Shown here: piece after piece, positions 11,101 to 18,663 of the stretch
Numbering within the stretch: position 1 is the first letter of the stretch
Layout: the number at the start of each line of letters is the position of its first letter
From: a virus
Taxonomy: Duplodnaviria > Caudoviricetes
Reading direction: 5' to 3' (one strand)
IMG/VR virus record: IMGVR_UViG_3300020457_000060
Coordinates: 1-29,106 of that record
Length of the DNA stretch: 29,106 nucleotides
Position numbers and translations under genes: made by a program
The notes under the pieces: generated by a model
Database searches by the model: none
What the model was told of the DNA's origin: nothing
Seen by the model: the letters and a program-made list of their open reading frames with translations, nothing else

Positions 11101-14100
11101 TACTTGATCAAATAAAACAAGGTAAATTAGATGGTAAAAAATTAGCATATTCCACAGGAGGTAAAGCTACTGCCTCATCGAATATGAGTCATGCGAATGT
11201 TTTAGCTGAAGCTGTAAATAAACGAACCTTAAATAAATTAGACCAACAAAAGTCTAAGACAAAAGTTATTGCCGGGATGATGGATCCTAAAGTTGTGGGC
11301 AACGTAGAAAGCTATTCTGCACGTACTGAAATTATAACAAGAACTTCTGATGCAATAGTTATGTTTGCTGAGGCTGATGCTAAAGGATTTTTTACTCCTG
11401 GGAGTCAACTTACAAAAAATCTTGCAGAAAGATATGGTAAACCAATATTAATAAACCCTACTTCTGAGTATGAAATTATTAACTTCCTTACTAGTAATAA
11501 GGTTAAAAAGTTAATGATTGCTGGTAGTGGTCTGGATGTAAATCTTTTAAAAGAAACAAAGTATGATCAGATTTTGCATGATGCTTTAAAAGAGGTAAAA
11601 GATCTACAAGGCAAAAAAGGAAAAGAATTAGCTGAATTTAAAAGAAAAGCCCTAGAAACCCCAGAAAAATTTGTCTACCCTAGTTTGGAAGAAGAGAACG
11701 AAATACTAGACGCAATGATAATTGAAGCAAATTTAAAAATAAAAGATCCTTCTGTTTATGCTACTTATATTGGTGATCAAATAGGTACTAGTTCAGATTC
11801 TGACCCTTTAAATATAGCGGAGGATCTTGAAGGGGAAGCAGCGGCCTTAGCTAGGTCTAAAAAAATGGTAAAAACGGATTTACCTTTAAAGACAGTTCTT
11901 TCCAGACAACAAGTTATAAATGGTGAGGTTATTGATGGAGTGCAAGATTTAGATGTAAAAAATGGCATATATATTGAGGATGATGTTAGTCGTGATTTTG
12001 AAGATTTAGAAGTCCCAAGAGGTGAAGATGCTGGTACTTTAGTAGCTAACCAACTTTTAAGTTTAAGACGTAAAAAGTTATCTGATTTAACTTTTGCAGA
12101 AAAAAGGGCAAAAGAAATAATAGAGCAAAAAACTAATAAAATATTCGCTACTCCTAGAGACTTATATTTAATGTATAAACAATTAGGACAAGATTTAAAC
12201 TTAGACGTAGCAAAAGCCGGAAGAATTGTAGACCCTATTAAAAGACTATCTGAAATTGCAAGGGACAAGTTAGGTTTAAAAAGAAGAAAAATATTTATCA
12301 TGTTCGATGACAAGCTAATTAAATTTAGCGACCCCGAATTGAATAGAGCTATCCAAAATGCTTTATTTGAAGCAAAAGAACCGGCGAGTGTTAACAGAGA
12401 TGGTAAACAGGTTACTGAATTATTAACTTGGGCAGAAAATTATCAAGCGCCAGAAAAATATATAAACAGAGGTAATGTAGATGTTATTGTATTAAAGAGA
12501 CCTAGTAGATATCAAAACCTGATAAAACAAGACCTCCAAAAAGCTGGACTTCCTGCGGATTTACTTCCAGATACAAGTGAGCTGGAGGGGGTTGTTGCAG
12601 GTGGATTAGTGCATGGTTTTGGGCATTCTTTCTTTAATGAATATGTTACCGAAAGAACTCTACAGGAAACAAAAGAGGGTAGAGCTATTTATAAAGAATG
12701 GCAAAACCTTAGTAAAGAAGCTACTGCTCCGACTCAGTGGAAAGATTCTGTGTTGGGTTTTGAAGAGTACATAGCAGACCTTGCTGGGGGTGATATTTTT
12801 AATACAGCTCTAGCAAAAAGAAAAGAAAGTGACAAATTTATTAAAGATTTAACTAAAAGATACCAGACTACCCTAAGCACTATGAGAGTTAGTTTTGCTA
12901 AAAGTATGGGACTTAGGCTTAATAGACCTAAACAAAAAACTTTTACAGATTTCGTAGCTGTAGTCAAAGAACAATTTAGAGGCACACAAAAAGACCGTGG
13001 CAGTGGAACTGTTACTGCTGCTGTGCGTGAACAACTGGACTTATTCGACACGAGCATAAAAGAAAAACTTGTAAAAGAAAAAATTATTACAAGAGATATG
13101 AAACTTGATGATGTGTTAGATAAGTATGATGAAGTTGTAGGCACTCCGGGTTCTGCAAAAGAAGCCATTGATAAACTTAATGACATGGTGCGTTTTACAG
13201 TTTCTTCTAGTACAGACTATTTACGTTTTCAAGGTGCAGATGATACTTTCGTAAATATGTTAAATAGAGAAACTCAATCGCCTACTGGTTTAGGGTTTGT
13301 ACAAGAAGAGGTTGATGAGTACCAAAGGGTTATTAATTCTTTATTTAAACCTCTTGCAACAATGTTAGATATACCCGTGGGCACTTGGGGAGACGACACG
13401 GAGATAGGTGCAAAACATAGACCTAGATTAAGGCAGGCCTTTATTCAATATTCTGCAGATATGAAAATTTTTGGGGAAAAAGAATTAAGAAAACAATTAA
13501 AAAATCCTGAGTACTTAAGCCCTAAAGCAGATAAAAAAGGTAGGGAACAATCCAAACGTGTAACAGCGTCAAGTTTGCACATATTTAAAACAATGCAAAA
13601 AATAAAAAGACAAATGGAACTTAATGGTTTAGCTGTTAGGGAAAATCATGATTTAACTAGAAACTATGATATAGAAGCTATTAGTGTTAAACCTGTTTTA
13701 TTCAACACTATGGCTCGATTAATTTATGAAGCTGAAGGTAATGATGTATCTTATGAAGAGTCTGTAAAGGCGGTAGAAGAAGCTATTAAAAACAGAGAAC
13801 AAAACGATACTTTAATAAAAGATGATGAAGAGCTATCTCCTTATGTTGCTAGTTTAGCTATCGGAATGTCTCCAAAAAGAGCTCAACTTTTTAAAAACGT
13901 ATCTACTTATGACTTGGTAAGATATGGGTTGGTTACAGATATATTAGATTCTCAAATACAAGGTATTCGTAACATTGTTAAAAAATACATGTATAACAAT
14001 AAAGTACAAAAAGTTTTAAGAGACGAAGAAATATTGAGGGCAAGAGAGTTAGTAGGTTTAAAAAGATTTAAAACACCTTCTGGTAACGTAGTTGACGACG

Positions 14101-15434
14101 CTTCGTTTTTAGAGTTTTTAGCAGAAAAAGAAACTAGAGCTGAACAGAAAAAACGTATTTCAAAAACGGGAAAAAAAGGTAAAAAGAAAGAAGATTTTAC
14201 GGAAGCACCCTATCTCCTTAGAGGGTGGCAAGCTGCTACTGCTTACGTATGGTTAGATCCAAATGTTAAAGATCCAATAGCAGTTAGTAATACTGTAGGT
14301 GCGATTACAGGAAAAATAGGTTTGGAAATTAATAGCATGCCTTACTTTAGATCAGCACAATCAGGAGCTATGTTACTAAACCAAATGACTTTTCTTACTT
14401 TTAGTGGTCTTTCTAGCTTACCAGAGTTAGCTGGTCCAGCTATACAAAGAGGAGACTTTGAAGGATTACTACTAACTTTTCAGGGCATTGGTAAAAACTT
14501 AAGAAATAAAGAAGAAGTAGATAACTTTTTACTAGCTTTAGGGACTATGGGTATTTCTCAATCTCTAGAGAATAGTGTTTATGCAGGAGACATGGCGTGG
14601 GCTACCAGCACCACTCAAGAGTGGTCTAAATTTTTCTTTAAGAGCATTGGTGTAACTAAACTTATGGGTTTCTTATATAGAAACGCGGCTTTTGTATCTT
14701 ATAAAGCAATTGAAATGGATACTAAAAGAGCGTTGCAGGGGGATGCTAAATCTATAGAAAGACTAGCAGTAATTGGTTTAACCCCTAACGTAGCTAAAAA
14801 AGCTTTGACCGAGGTAGATTTCTTAAAAAAAGGAGACCCTAAAACTTTTCCAGATTATGAAAACAGGTTAAAAGGTAGTTCAGAAGCTAGGCAGTTTAGA
14901 AACTCTATGCAAAAATTAATTAAAGAAATGGTATTAAAACCAACATCAGCACAAAGGACAGTGTGGATGAATAACCCTTTCTTTGCTTTAATCGCGCAGT
15001 TAAAACCTTTTTATTATTCTTTTGGTAAAAATTATATTGGGGGTACTTACAAAAATATGCAGAGAGAGTACAGGTATGGTAACTATGTAGGAGCTTTACT
15101 ACCGCCTATGATATTAGTTGCAGGTATGTTGCCTTTAGCAGCAATAGGGCTCCATTTAAGAGAGTTATTTAAGTTTATTGTAAATGGTGGGGATCCAGAA
15201 CAATTTAAAGCTTTCAATCAATCCACTCCTACACTTATGTTAGATTTAGTTGATAGAGCAGGTTTATTAGGTAGAGCAGGTTTATTAGTTCCAATGTTCG
15301 AAGCTGAAATGTATGGAAGTACTTTCTTTAGTCCAGGGTTAGGTCCTACTATAGAAAGGGGTATTGATGTTATAGAGGGTAGAGGTAATATTTGGGATTA
15401 CGTACCATATGCCGGTGCATTTGGTTATGATTAA
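5154..15434 (+). CDS. Giant internal virion / large polyvalent protein, 3426 aa
   Basis: A 10.3-kb ORF with no Cys seen. The N-terminal region is Gly/Ala-rich with AESATEGLQEE. The C-terminal PTSAQRTVWMNNPFFALIAQLKPF plus hydrophobic segments resemble gp16-like DNA-transfer proteins. Internal SLOG-, DUF4326- and zincin-like motifs are present. Confidence 0.8.
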   Translation: MSEKIRQILLAERTDLARDARRRERELPDILVREAREPISEYNPPERTFNYGTAEYFAEGYRAGFEQVAGSFDGISAIGNLLVGDKESAEKDLARMEMHDKNIQAALSELDTFEGFVDDPTLDGAFKQVARGAGQLIFPAALTIGEGLATGFTATAARTAFTQPGRAALKDLYTSTVRKVGGIRADRDFIPDTDMAMGAFSGQGWQKAAKTPNAFEEMWFKTLQNKGVENLTPEEKVVMDVTRKYLREAKIGGAIGAFAAAETMIAPEILREYQEAGLELGPTEALMATLSGVPAAALDVLAESVFFGAMFKMATQSTRLNKAKLRLQRGDKLNESDMQALAIDQKARIEGVDSLDRIEKEFLKRYEKRSALTLMGDVAKMSLASTAAESATEGLQEEIIMSQRTLVDPSFDNQSQEANLRRMQAYFDGGVGGGGRGLIGGTSAAIFRQSREFLSQVREDKEWAKIQAEKYADLEELGGLPETREDIQAQLNAMVDPDYEREAVWLTTEALAANDLTYRFSTPEASPTLRERLRQPTAEEINAAISERPTDPLITGAARLSAKKFREFLNEAFATKGRKEQDIPKLGISIDPDGFGILITPNPKLREFYQSQRADGANIRNVLAQILQFEPEVEPEDGEVQAETDVVATDEAGLSGQQQVVQLTEDDKVVWEQTTSTSNLRKVVKKAEQQYKGPEKIKNAPTKGPQPEQLTLPGMGEGYTIQYPMSEQNIEDQLNALDSYEQQLLSGIEQAIIDDDLPKMRELKANLEGTKKTRKNLKIVIKSPEEVADERLAANKKDDKEIITRNMVLDGGLDEDEVNNTLKSTTEQYGTSIIGPLAKDQDADLAYETSNLLGMGRSDNEIVQGKKGAYAFSTLPLEKFKLLDRKAQDKVRLQRAEAMFATVRAQLLIDDVFLHTEDSDRVADFNEQLTVLNQGIDKTEKEFTNLQDSETAKALQRTNALALEVFLKDPKNSKFSRNKLTEQYSKLDGSAKRKLIIDSWKKNVDRPVESLELYLQAISNKKKHIKKLTLQREQLIQLRDEFLREAPTTDQSSFSTAKNARFRKTRTFIEEKLLGTIPEDKRTQVLGKDSDPVAFMELLEEVYSDIEDHMLLEPSGAVVSDATKDSIRELIRKNEAILAQRDLDIIINRQNKARETRSKLRRENKNNIVNPGAVEGRIAKENLVERADNFFDDSILSRRRLEALEMVAENYVLGEQGVALSDLGYRQGESITSTLGGILEDSKSALYDPEVYRANGTILEVLKETQEADPNSIYEIVGSSAAEAPASDFILNPKTTRTIEDTATHIMMAKKIKKNGEGFDALQIPAYIEAARSVANVQGQKIVVSFEALDSKYGPQAREIKAFLNQLKDINISDDYQSIVKKITPESEVGLYGAKYIDGVTGKQMPARKAVQKAVSNARQINRDLSETEHINKNEYTNIPGSMPLKYGWFYRSYNKKNESSDNALAMNEVLSAGVSIIESRLDSIERSTADFNFKLATGFGHLLSDGHLISFQDMDGKNGDIVFKYRTYDKKKKEYTAIQEIVVKDFEQRIEDKALQGHLKPTAVIETQTIKEGKDGEVVEGVKTSKYTTRVLVDKKSRVPAKYIRFNPTVFKKAIKPDYFMSEKPYSATSMKDRDRIFENEYSLFNLPIYYNPKNQRATDQHQSAQDLMEESQQTPFYYTTNESGQVTIKKLRKEDLHSTIRNKKKMLANPDAEDVADVKMSEVEGLVEGLNESEKEGALLGYGSIEAVEDRIKAIYLDKYKLPKESFDDEKFLLENLDIKNDLVLEEIYTGLQEGVDFVGFDIAQKLGYNVVGLAPQMKQFGRKQKALKTESLGLMSVIYGEDPNLVQEGPPVPGSVDVTGVPVKGLDRLRQQRIAIRKAIQKTMSEPPPKIPVTTVVPFNKNKQGKNILPKGAVNVLRNSKKPNEHYGNPFVFSKELFENIKKKGTKAILVKNRARAVNNYRDWLNGKMPELEPERRQWILDQIKQGKLDGKKLAYSTGGKATASSNMSHANVLAEAVNKRTLNKLDQQKSKTKVIAGMMDPKVVGNVESYSARTEIITRTSDAIVMFAEADAKGFFTPGSQLTKNLAERYGKPILINPTSEYEIINFLTSNKVKKLMIAGSGLDVNLLKETKYDQILHDALKEVKDLQGKKGKELAEFKRKALETPEKFVYPSLEEENEILDAMIIEANLKIKDPSVYATYIGDQIGTSSDSDPLNIAEDLEGEAAALARSKKMVKTDLPLKTVLSRQQVINGEVIDGVQDLDVKNGIYIEDDVSRDFEDLEVPRGEDAGTLVANQLLSLRRKKLSDLTFAEKRAKEIIEQKTNKIFATPRDLYLMYKQLGQDLNLDVAKAGRIVDPIKRLSEIARDKLGLKRRKIFIMFDDKLIKFSDPELNRAIQNALFEAKEPASVNRDGKQVTELLTWAENYQAPEKYINRGNVDVIVLKRPSRYQNLIKQDLQKAGLPADLLPDTSELEGVVAGGLVHGFGHSFFNEYVTERTLQETKEGRAIYKEWQNLSKEATAPTQWKDSVLGFEEYIADLAGGDIFNTALAKRKESDKFIKDLTKRYQTTLSTMRVSFAKSMGLRLNRPKQKTFTDFVAVVKEQFRGTQKDRGSGTVTAAVREQLDLFDTSIKEKLVKEKIITRDMKLDDVLDKYDEVVGTPGSAKEAIDKLNDMVRFTVSSSTDYLRFQGADDTFVNMLNRETQSPTGLGFVQEEVDEYQRVINSLFKPLATMLDIPVGTWGDDTEIGAKHRPRLRQAFIQYSADMKIFGEKELRKQLKNPEYLSPKADKKGREQSKRVTASSLHIFKTMQKIKRQMELNGLAVRENHDLTRNYDIEAISVKPVLFNTMARLIYEAEGNDVSYEESVKAVEEAIKNREQNDTLIKDDEELSPYVASLAIGMSPKRAQLFKNVSTYDLVRYGLVTDILDSQIQGIRNIVKKYMYNNKVQKVLRDEEILRARELVGLKRFKTPSGNVVDDASFLEFLAEKETRAEQKKRISKTGKKGKKKEDFTEAPYLLRGWQAATAYVWLDPNVKDPIAVSNTVGAITGKIGLEINSMPYFRSAQSGAMLLNQMTFLTFSGLSSLPELAGPAIQRGDFEGLLLTFQGIGKNLRNKEEVDNFLLALGTMGISQSLENSVYAGDMAWATSTTQEWSKFFFKSIGVTKLMGFLYRNAAFVSYKAIEMDTKRALQGDAKSIERLAVIGLTPNVAKKALTEVDFLKKGDPKTFPDYENRLKGSSEARQFRNSMQKLIKEMVLKPTSAQRTVWMNNPFFALIAQLKPFYYSFGKNYIGGTYKNMQREYRYGNYVGALLPPMILVAGMLPLAAIGLHLRELFKFIVNGGDPEQFKAFNQSTPTLMLDLVDRAGLLGRAGLLVPMFEAEMYGSTFFSPGLGPTIERGIDVIEGRGNIWDYVPYAGAFGYD
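10518..11590 (+). other. Split cpYpsA/SLOG (putative molybdenum-carrier-like) domain within the giant protein
   Basis: N-half EIYTGLQEGVDFVGFDIAQKLGYNVVGLAP (family pattern KIISGGQTGVDRAALD.A...G....G..P). C-half YSARTEIITRTSDAIVMF..PGSQLTKNLAERYGKPILI..KVKKLMIAG (family pattern Y..RT..NV..SD.T..F..GT..T...A....KP..LNVAG). Confidence 0.65.
10896..11219 (+). other. DUF4326-like domain nested inside the SLOG domain
   Basis: VNVLR..HYGNPF..RARAVNNYRDWL..LDGKKLAY..SHANVLAEAVN follows the family pattern R..WGNPF..R..A...Y..WL..L.GK.L.C.C..CH..VL, with the cysteines replaced. Confidence 0.65.
12612..12783 (+). other. Zincin-like (MPTase-type) motif lacking the catalytic Glu
   Basis: LVHGFGHSFF followed about 45 aa later by FEEYIADL. 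This is the HExxH...EE..A arrangement with E replaced by G. Confidence 0.5.
15254..15288 (+). repeat. Exact 17-nt tandem direct repeat (18-nt period) in the giant gene
   Basis: TAGAGCAGGTTTATTAG occurs at 15254-15270 and 15272-15288 and encodes RAGLLG-RAGLLV. Confidence 0.9.
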
Positions 15435-15452
15435 TATATAATGAGGTAGATT

Positions 15453-15827
15453 ATGGCTTATTCATCAACAATTAAATTAGTAGTAGGTGACACTTTACCT
15501 ACTTTAAATTTTACATTAAAGGACAGCAATACCGCAGCTGCTGGTAAAACTCTGGATGCCGATGATAGTACAACATGGGCTGCTGTAAATTTATCTGGCA
15601 GTACTGTACGTTTTAGGATTCGTGAGGTAGGTACTACAACTGTACTAAAAACAATTACCGGTACAATTACAGGCGCTGCAGCTGGAGAAGTGAGTATAGC
15701 TTTTCCTAGTGATACTTGGACAGCTGCTGGTACTTTTGAAGGCGAAATAGAACACACTACAAGTGGTAGTGGGATCCAAACTGTACAAGATTTAATTAAG
15801 TTCCAAGTGCGTGATGACTTTGATTAA
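15453..15827 (+). CDS. BppU N-terminal-like tail/baseplate protein
   Basis: IKLVVGDTLPTLNFTLKD..VNLSGSTVRFRIR..GEVSIAF..AGTFEGEIE..IKFQVRDDF is a typical BppU-like beta sandwich. RBS GAGGT. Confidence 0.65.
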   Translation: MAYSSTIKLVVGDTLPTLNFTLKDSNTAAAGKTLDADDSTTWAAVNLSGSTVRFRIREVGTTTVLKTITGTITGAAAGEVSIAFPSDTWTAAGTFEGEIEHTTSGSGIQTVQDLIKFQVRDDFD

Positions 15828-16789
15828 TGGCACTTCGAGCAATAGTATCAAGCAATAACCTACGCGCTATAGTAGACACTGACTCGTTAGAGCCAGTTAC
15901 GGTATTTCAAAACATACAATCTTTAGTTAATTTTGTTAATTTAGAATATGGTATAGATTTTCTTAATCTCTCTGCTGTAGATATAGTTCTTGATGCAGAT
16001 TCTAAAGATTTGTACTTTGCTCCCGGATATCAAGAAGATAAAGCTTTAACAGTAACTATTACAGAGTCTTTAGCTAATGCTATTGCCAAAACTGTAACTG
16101 CAGATACTACCTCAATACTAGAAGTAGCTGCTTTAGAAACAGGCAAACTTGCTTCAGACACTTTTAGTGTAACCGAAAGTATTGTGACACTACTAATTTT
16201 TGAACGTGCGTTTTCGGATACACTTAGTGTAGCAGAAAGTTATGTTTCTAACTTCGGTAAAAATCCGTCAGATTCGGCGAACGTCGCAGAATCGTACGCG
16301 AGTTCATTTGGTAAACCAGCTTCTGATACCACAACAATCAGTGAAACTTATACCCCAGACTTTGGTAAGAATCCCGCTGACACTGTGTCAGTAGCGGAGT
16401 CTTTTGCTAGTGTGCGTACTTTTGTAAGGGCCTTTAGTGATTCGTATAGTTTGGATGATACTGCAAGTGCAAGTGATGATTTGGCTACAGAATCCGGAGT
16501 AAATAAAAATAATGTGGTTTCCGTAGGAGAAAGCTTAGGTCCATTTGCAGTTAGTAAACCTTTAACTGATACCTCTACAGTTTCAGAAAGTTTTGCTCAT
16601 GCCTTCAGCCCTGCAACCATAGCAGATTCTACAAGTGTAGGAGAAGCCCATGCGGTTAGTTTTGGGCAAGGTGCTATTGCAAATAGTGTTTCAGTATCTG
16701 AATCAATTAATGTACAATTATTTGTGGGTAGCACTGACGGAGCCCTGCTTAACAAGTCTGCCCTTAATACGTATTCAATTAACTCTTAA
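15827..16789 (+). CDS. Virion structural protein with ~18-aa repeats (putative fibre shaft)
   Basis: Repeats FGKNPSDSANVAESYASS / FGKPASDTTTISETYTPD / FGKNPADTVSVAESFASV. TAATG overlap with the upstream gene. Confidence 0.6.
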   Translation: MALRAIVSSNNLRAIVDTDSLEPVTVFQNIQSLVNFVNLEYGIDFLNLSAVDIVLDADSKDLYFAPGYQEDKALTVTITESLANAIAKTVTADTTSILEVAALETGKLASDTFSVTESIVTLLIFERAFSDTLSVAESYVSNFGKNPSDSANVAESYASSFGKPASDTTTISETYTPDFGKNPADTVSVAESFASVRTFVRAFSDSYSLDDTASASDDLATESGVNKNNVVSVGESLGPFAVSKPLTDTSTVSESFAHAFSPATIADSTSVGEAHAVSFGQGAIANSVSVSESINVQLFVGSTDGALLNKSALNTYSINS

Positions 16790-16798
16790 GAGGTTTTT

Positions 16799-17230
16799 AT
16801 GTCAAATATAAATGACGCATTAAAAATGAAAGGACGTCTACAAATACATTTGAACGACGAACTTGTACAAGAAGTTGACAACTTAGTTGTTACTGCTGGT
16901 AAAGGTTACGTCGCTTCTCGTATGAAAGATGCTAGTGCAACTGCTATGTCACACATGGCTATTGGATCTGGAAGCACTGCCGCTGCTGCAAGTGATACTG
17001 CTTTAGGTAATCAATTAGGTAGAGTTGCGCTTACAAGTACAACCGTGTCTAGTGCTGTAGTTACTTATGTAGCTAGTTTTGCAGCTGGTACTGGTACTGG
17101 TGCTGTAACCGAAGCTGGTATTTTAAATGCCAGTTCTGGCGGTACTATGTTATGTAGAACAGTCTTTTCCGTTGTAAACAAAGGTGCATCAGATAGTATG
17201 ACAGTCACTTGGACAGTGACAGTTAGTTAA
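16799..17230 (+). CDS. Tail-collar/fibre attachment-like structural protein
   Basis: NLVVTAG..MAIGSG..DTALGNQLGR..TEAGILNASSGGTMLCRTVF..VTWTVT is a common phage tail structural pattern. RBS GAGGT. Confidence 0.6.
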   Translation: MSNINDALKMKGRLQIHLNDELVQEVDNLVVTAGKGYVASRMKDASATAMSHMAIGSGSTAAAASDTALGNQLGRVALTSTTVSSAVVTYVASFAAGTGTGAVTEAGILNASSGGTMLCRTVFSVVNKGASDSMTVTWTVTVS

Positions 17231-17247
17231 ACCAAGGAGGTTCTACT

Positions 17248-18663
17248 GTGGGATTGCTTTTTAAAAACAATGCCGAAACTACTTTATCGAGTGGGATAAA
17301 TAACTCTACTACGACAGTCCCCGTAGCATCTGCAGCTGTTTTTCCCACACCTGATTCTAATAATGTTTTCTTTGCAACCATCGATGACGGTACTAATGTA
17401 GAGACTGTCAGAGTTACCGGTATCTCTAGTAACGACCTTACTGTGGTAAGAGCTCAAGACAATACCTCAGCGGCTGCTTTTAGTACAGGTGCCAAAATAG
17501 AACTTAGATTAAACGCTAAAGTGCTCGAAATGGGTACAAGCAGTCTTACTGATTTGGATGGTGATACTCAAGTTCTTGTAGAAGAAGCCGCTGACGAAGA
17601 TAAAATTAAGTTTAAAACCGCTGGTACTGAGATAGCTAGAATAGATAGCACGGGATTGGGTATAGGGGGAATAAATCCAACAAAAAAATTTCACGTTTCA
17701 ATAGCTGGTGATGCTTCACTATTTGACAGAACAGGAAGTGCAGGTGGAGTCATGCAGTTTGCTAATGGTGGTACTGTTAAAGGTAATGTTGGAGTTCAAT
17801 CTGGTGGTTTTGGTCTTGGTGGTGGTTTTAGAGACCCTGATTTATTTATTACTACAGGTGGAGTTGTAGGTATTGGTACTGTAAGTCCTACAGCAAAATT
17901 AGATATAAAATCAACAGGGGCTACTTCAACTGCTTTGAGGGTTTTAAAAAGCGATGCAGGACAAAATCTACACGCTATGACAGAAATATCAGGTCATGGC
18001 AGATTAAGTGTTTATGATTCTTCTGAAAACGAAGATATAAGATTGGATAGTAATGGTGTTTCTTATTTTAATGGGGGTAATCTTGCTATTGGAGCTACAA
18101 GTGCTTCTTCAAAGCTAACTGTAGATGGAGATATATCAAACGTTTCTGGAGATATGACCATAGATGTAGTAGGAGATATTGTTCTTGATGCAGGTGGTGA
18201 AAACATTAAGTTTTCAGATGATGGCACAGAAATAGGACAAATTGATATGGGTTCACAGAACCTGACATTTAGGTCGCAAATTGATGATAAAGATATAATA
18301 TTCAGAGGCCAAGATGGTACTTCAGAAATTGTAGCTCTTACTCTTGATATGTCAGAAGCAGGTGCTGCAACCTTTAATAACAACGTCACAGCTTTCTCAG
18401 ATGAAAGACTTAAAGATAATATTGAAACCCTAGAAAATGGTTTAGGTAAAGTTGAACAGCTTAGAGGTGTAACTTATACAAGAGACGAAAAAGAAAATAT
18501 AGGAGTTATTGCCCAGGAAGTAGAAAAAATATTACCAGAAGTAGTATTAACTGCTGATGATGAAATGGGCACAAAGTCTGTAGATTACAGTAGATTAACA
18601 GCAGTATTGATTGAAGCTGTAAAAGATTTATCAGCCAGAGTAAAAGAACTAGAGGGTAAATAA
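17248..18663 (+). CDS. Tail fibre with C-terminal Peptidase_S74 intramolecular chaperone
   Basis: GTG start with RBS AAGGAGG. GIG..P..KL fibre repeats. SDERLKDNI (from 18397)..LRGVTY..IGVIAQEVEKILPEVV..SVDYSRLTAVLIEAVKDL. Confidence 0.9.
   Translation: MGLLFKNNAETTLSSGINNSTTTVPVASAAVFPTPDSNNVFFATIDDGTNVETVRVTGISSNDLTVVRAQDNTSAAAFSTGAKIELRLNAKVLEMGTSSLTDLDGDTQVLVEEAADEDKIKFKTAGTEIARIDSTGLGIGGINPTKKFHVSIAGDASLFDRTGSAGGVMQFANGGTVKGNVGVQSGGFGLGGGFRDPDLFITTGGVVGIGTVSPTAKLDIKSTGATSTALRVLKSDAGQNLHAMTEISGHGRLSVYDSSENEDIRLDSNGVSYFNGGNLAIGATSASSKLTVDGDISNVSGDMTIDVVGDIVLDAGGENIKFSDDGTEIGQIDMGSQNLTFRSQIDDKDIIFRGQDGTSEIVALTLDMSEAGAATFNNNVTAFSDERLKDNIETLENGLGKVEQLRGVTYTRDEKENIGVIAQEVEKILPEVVLTADDEMGTKSVDYSRLTAVLIEAVKDLSARVKELEGK

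Noticed and set aside
5154-15434. Giant Cys-free protein as an N4-like or crAss-like virion RNA polymerase
   Set aside because: Size and lack of Cys fit. However, I find no correctly spaced R-x3-K-x7-YG motif B and no DFDGD/DFDID motif. DMDGKNGD, MSVIYG and DQDAD are only superficial resemblances. A profile search is needed to exclude it fully.
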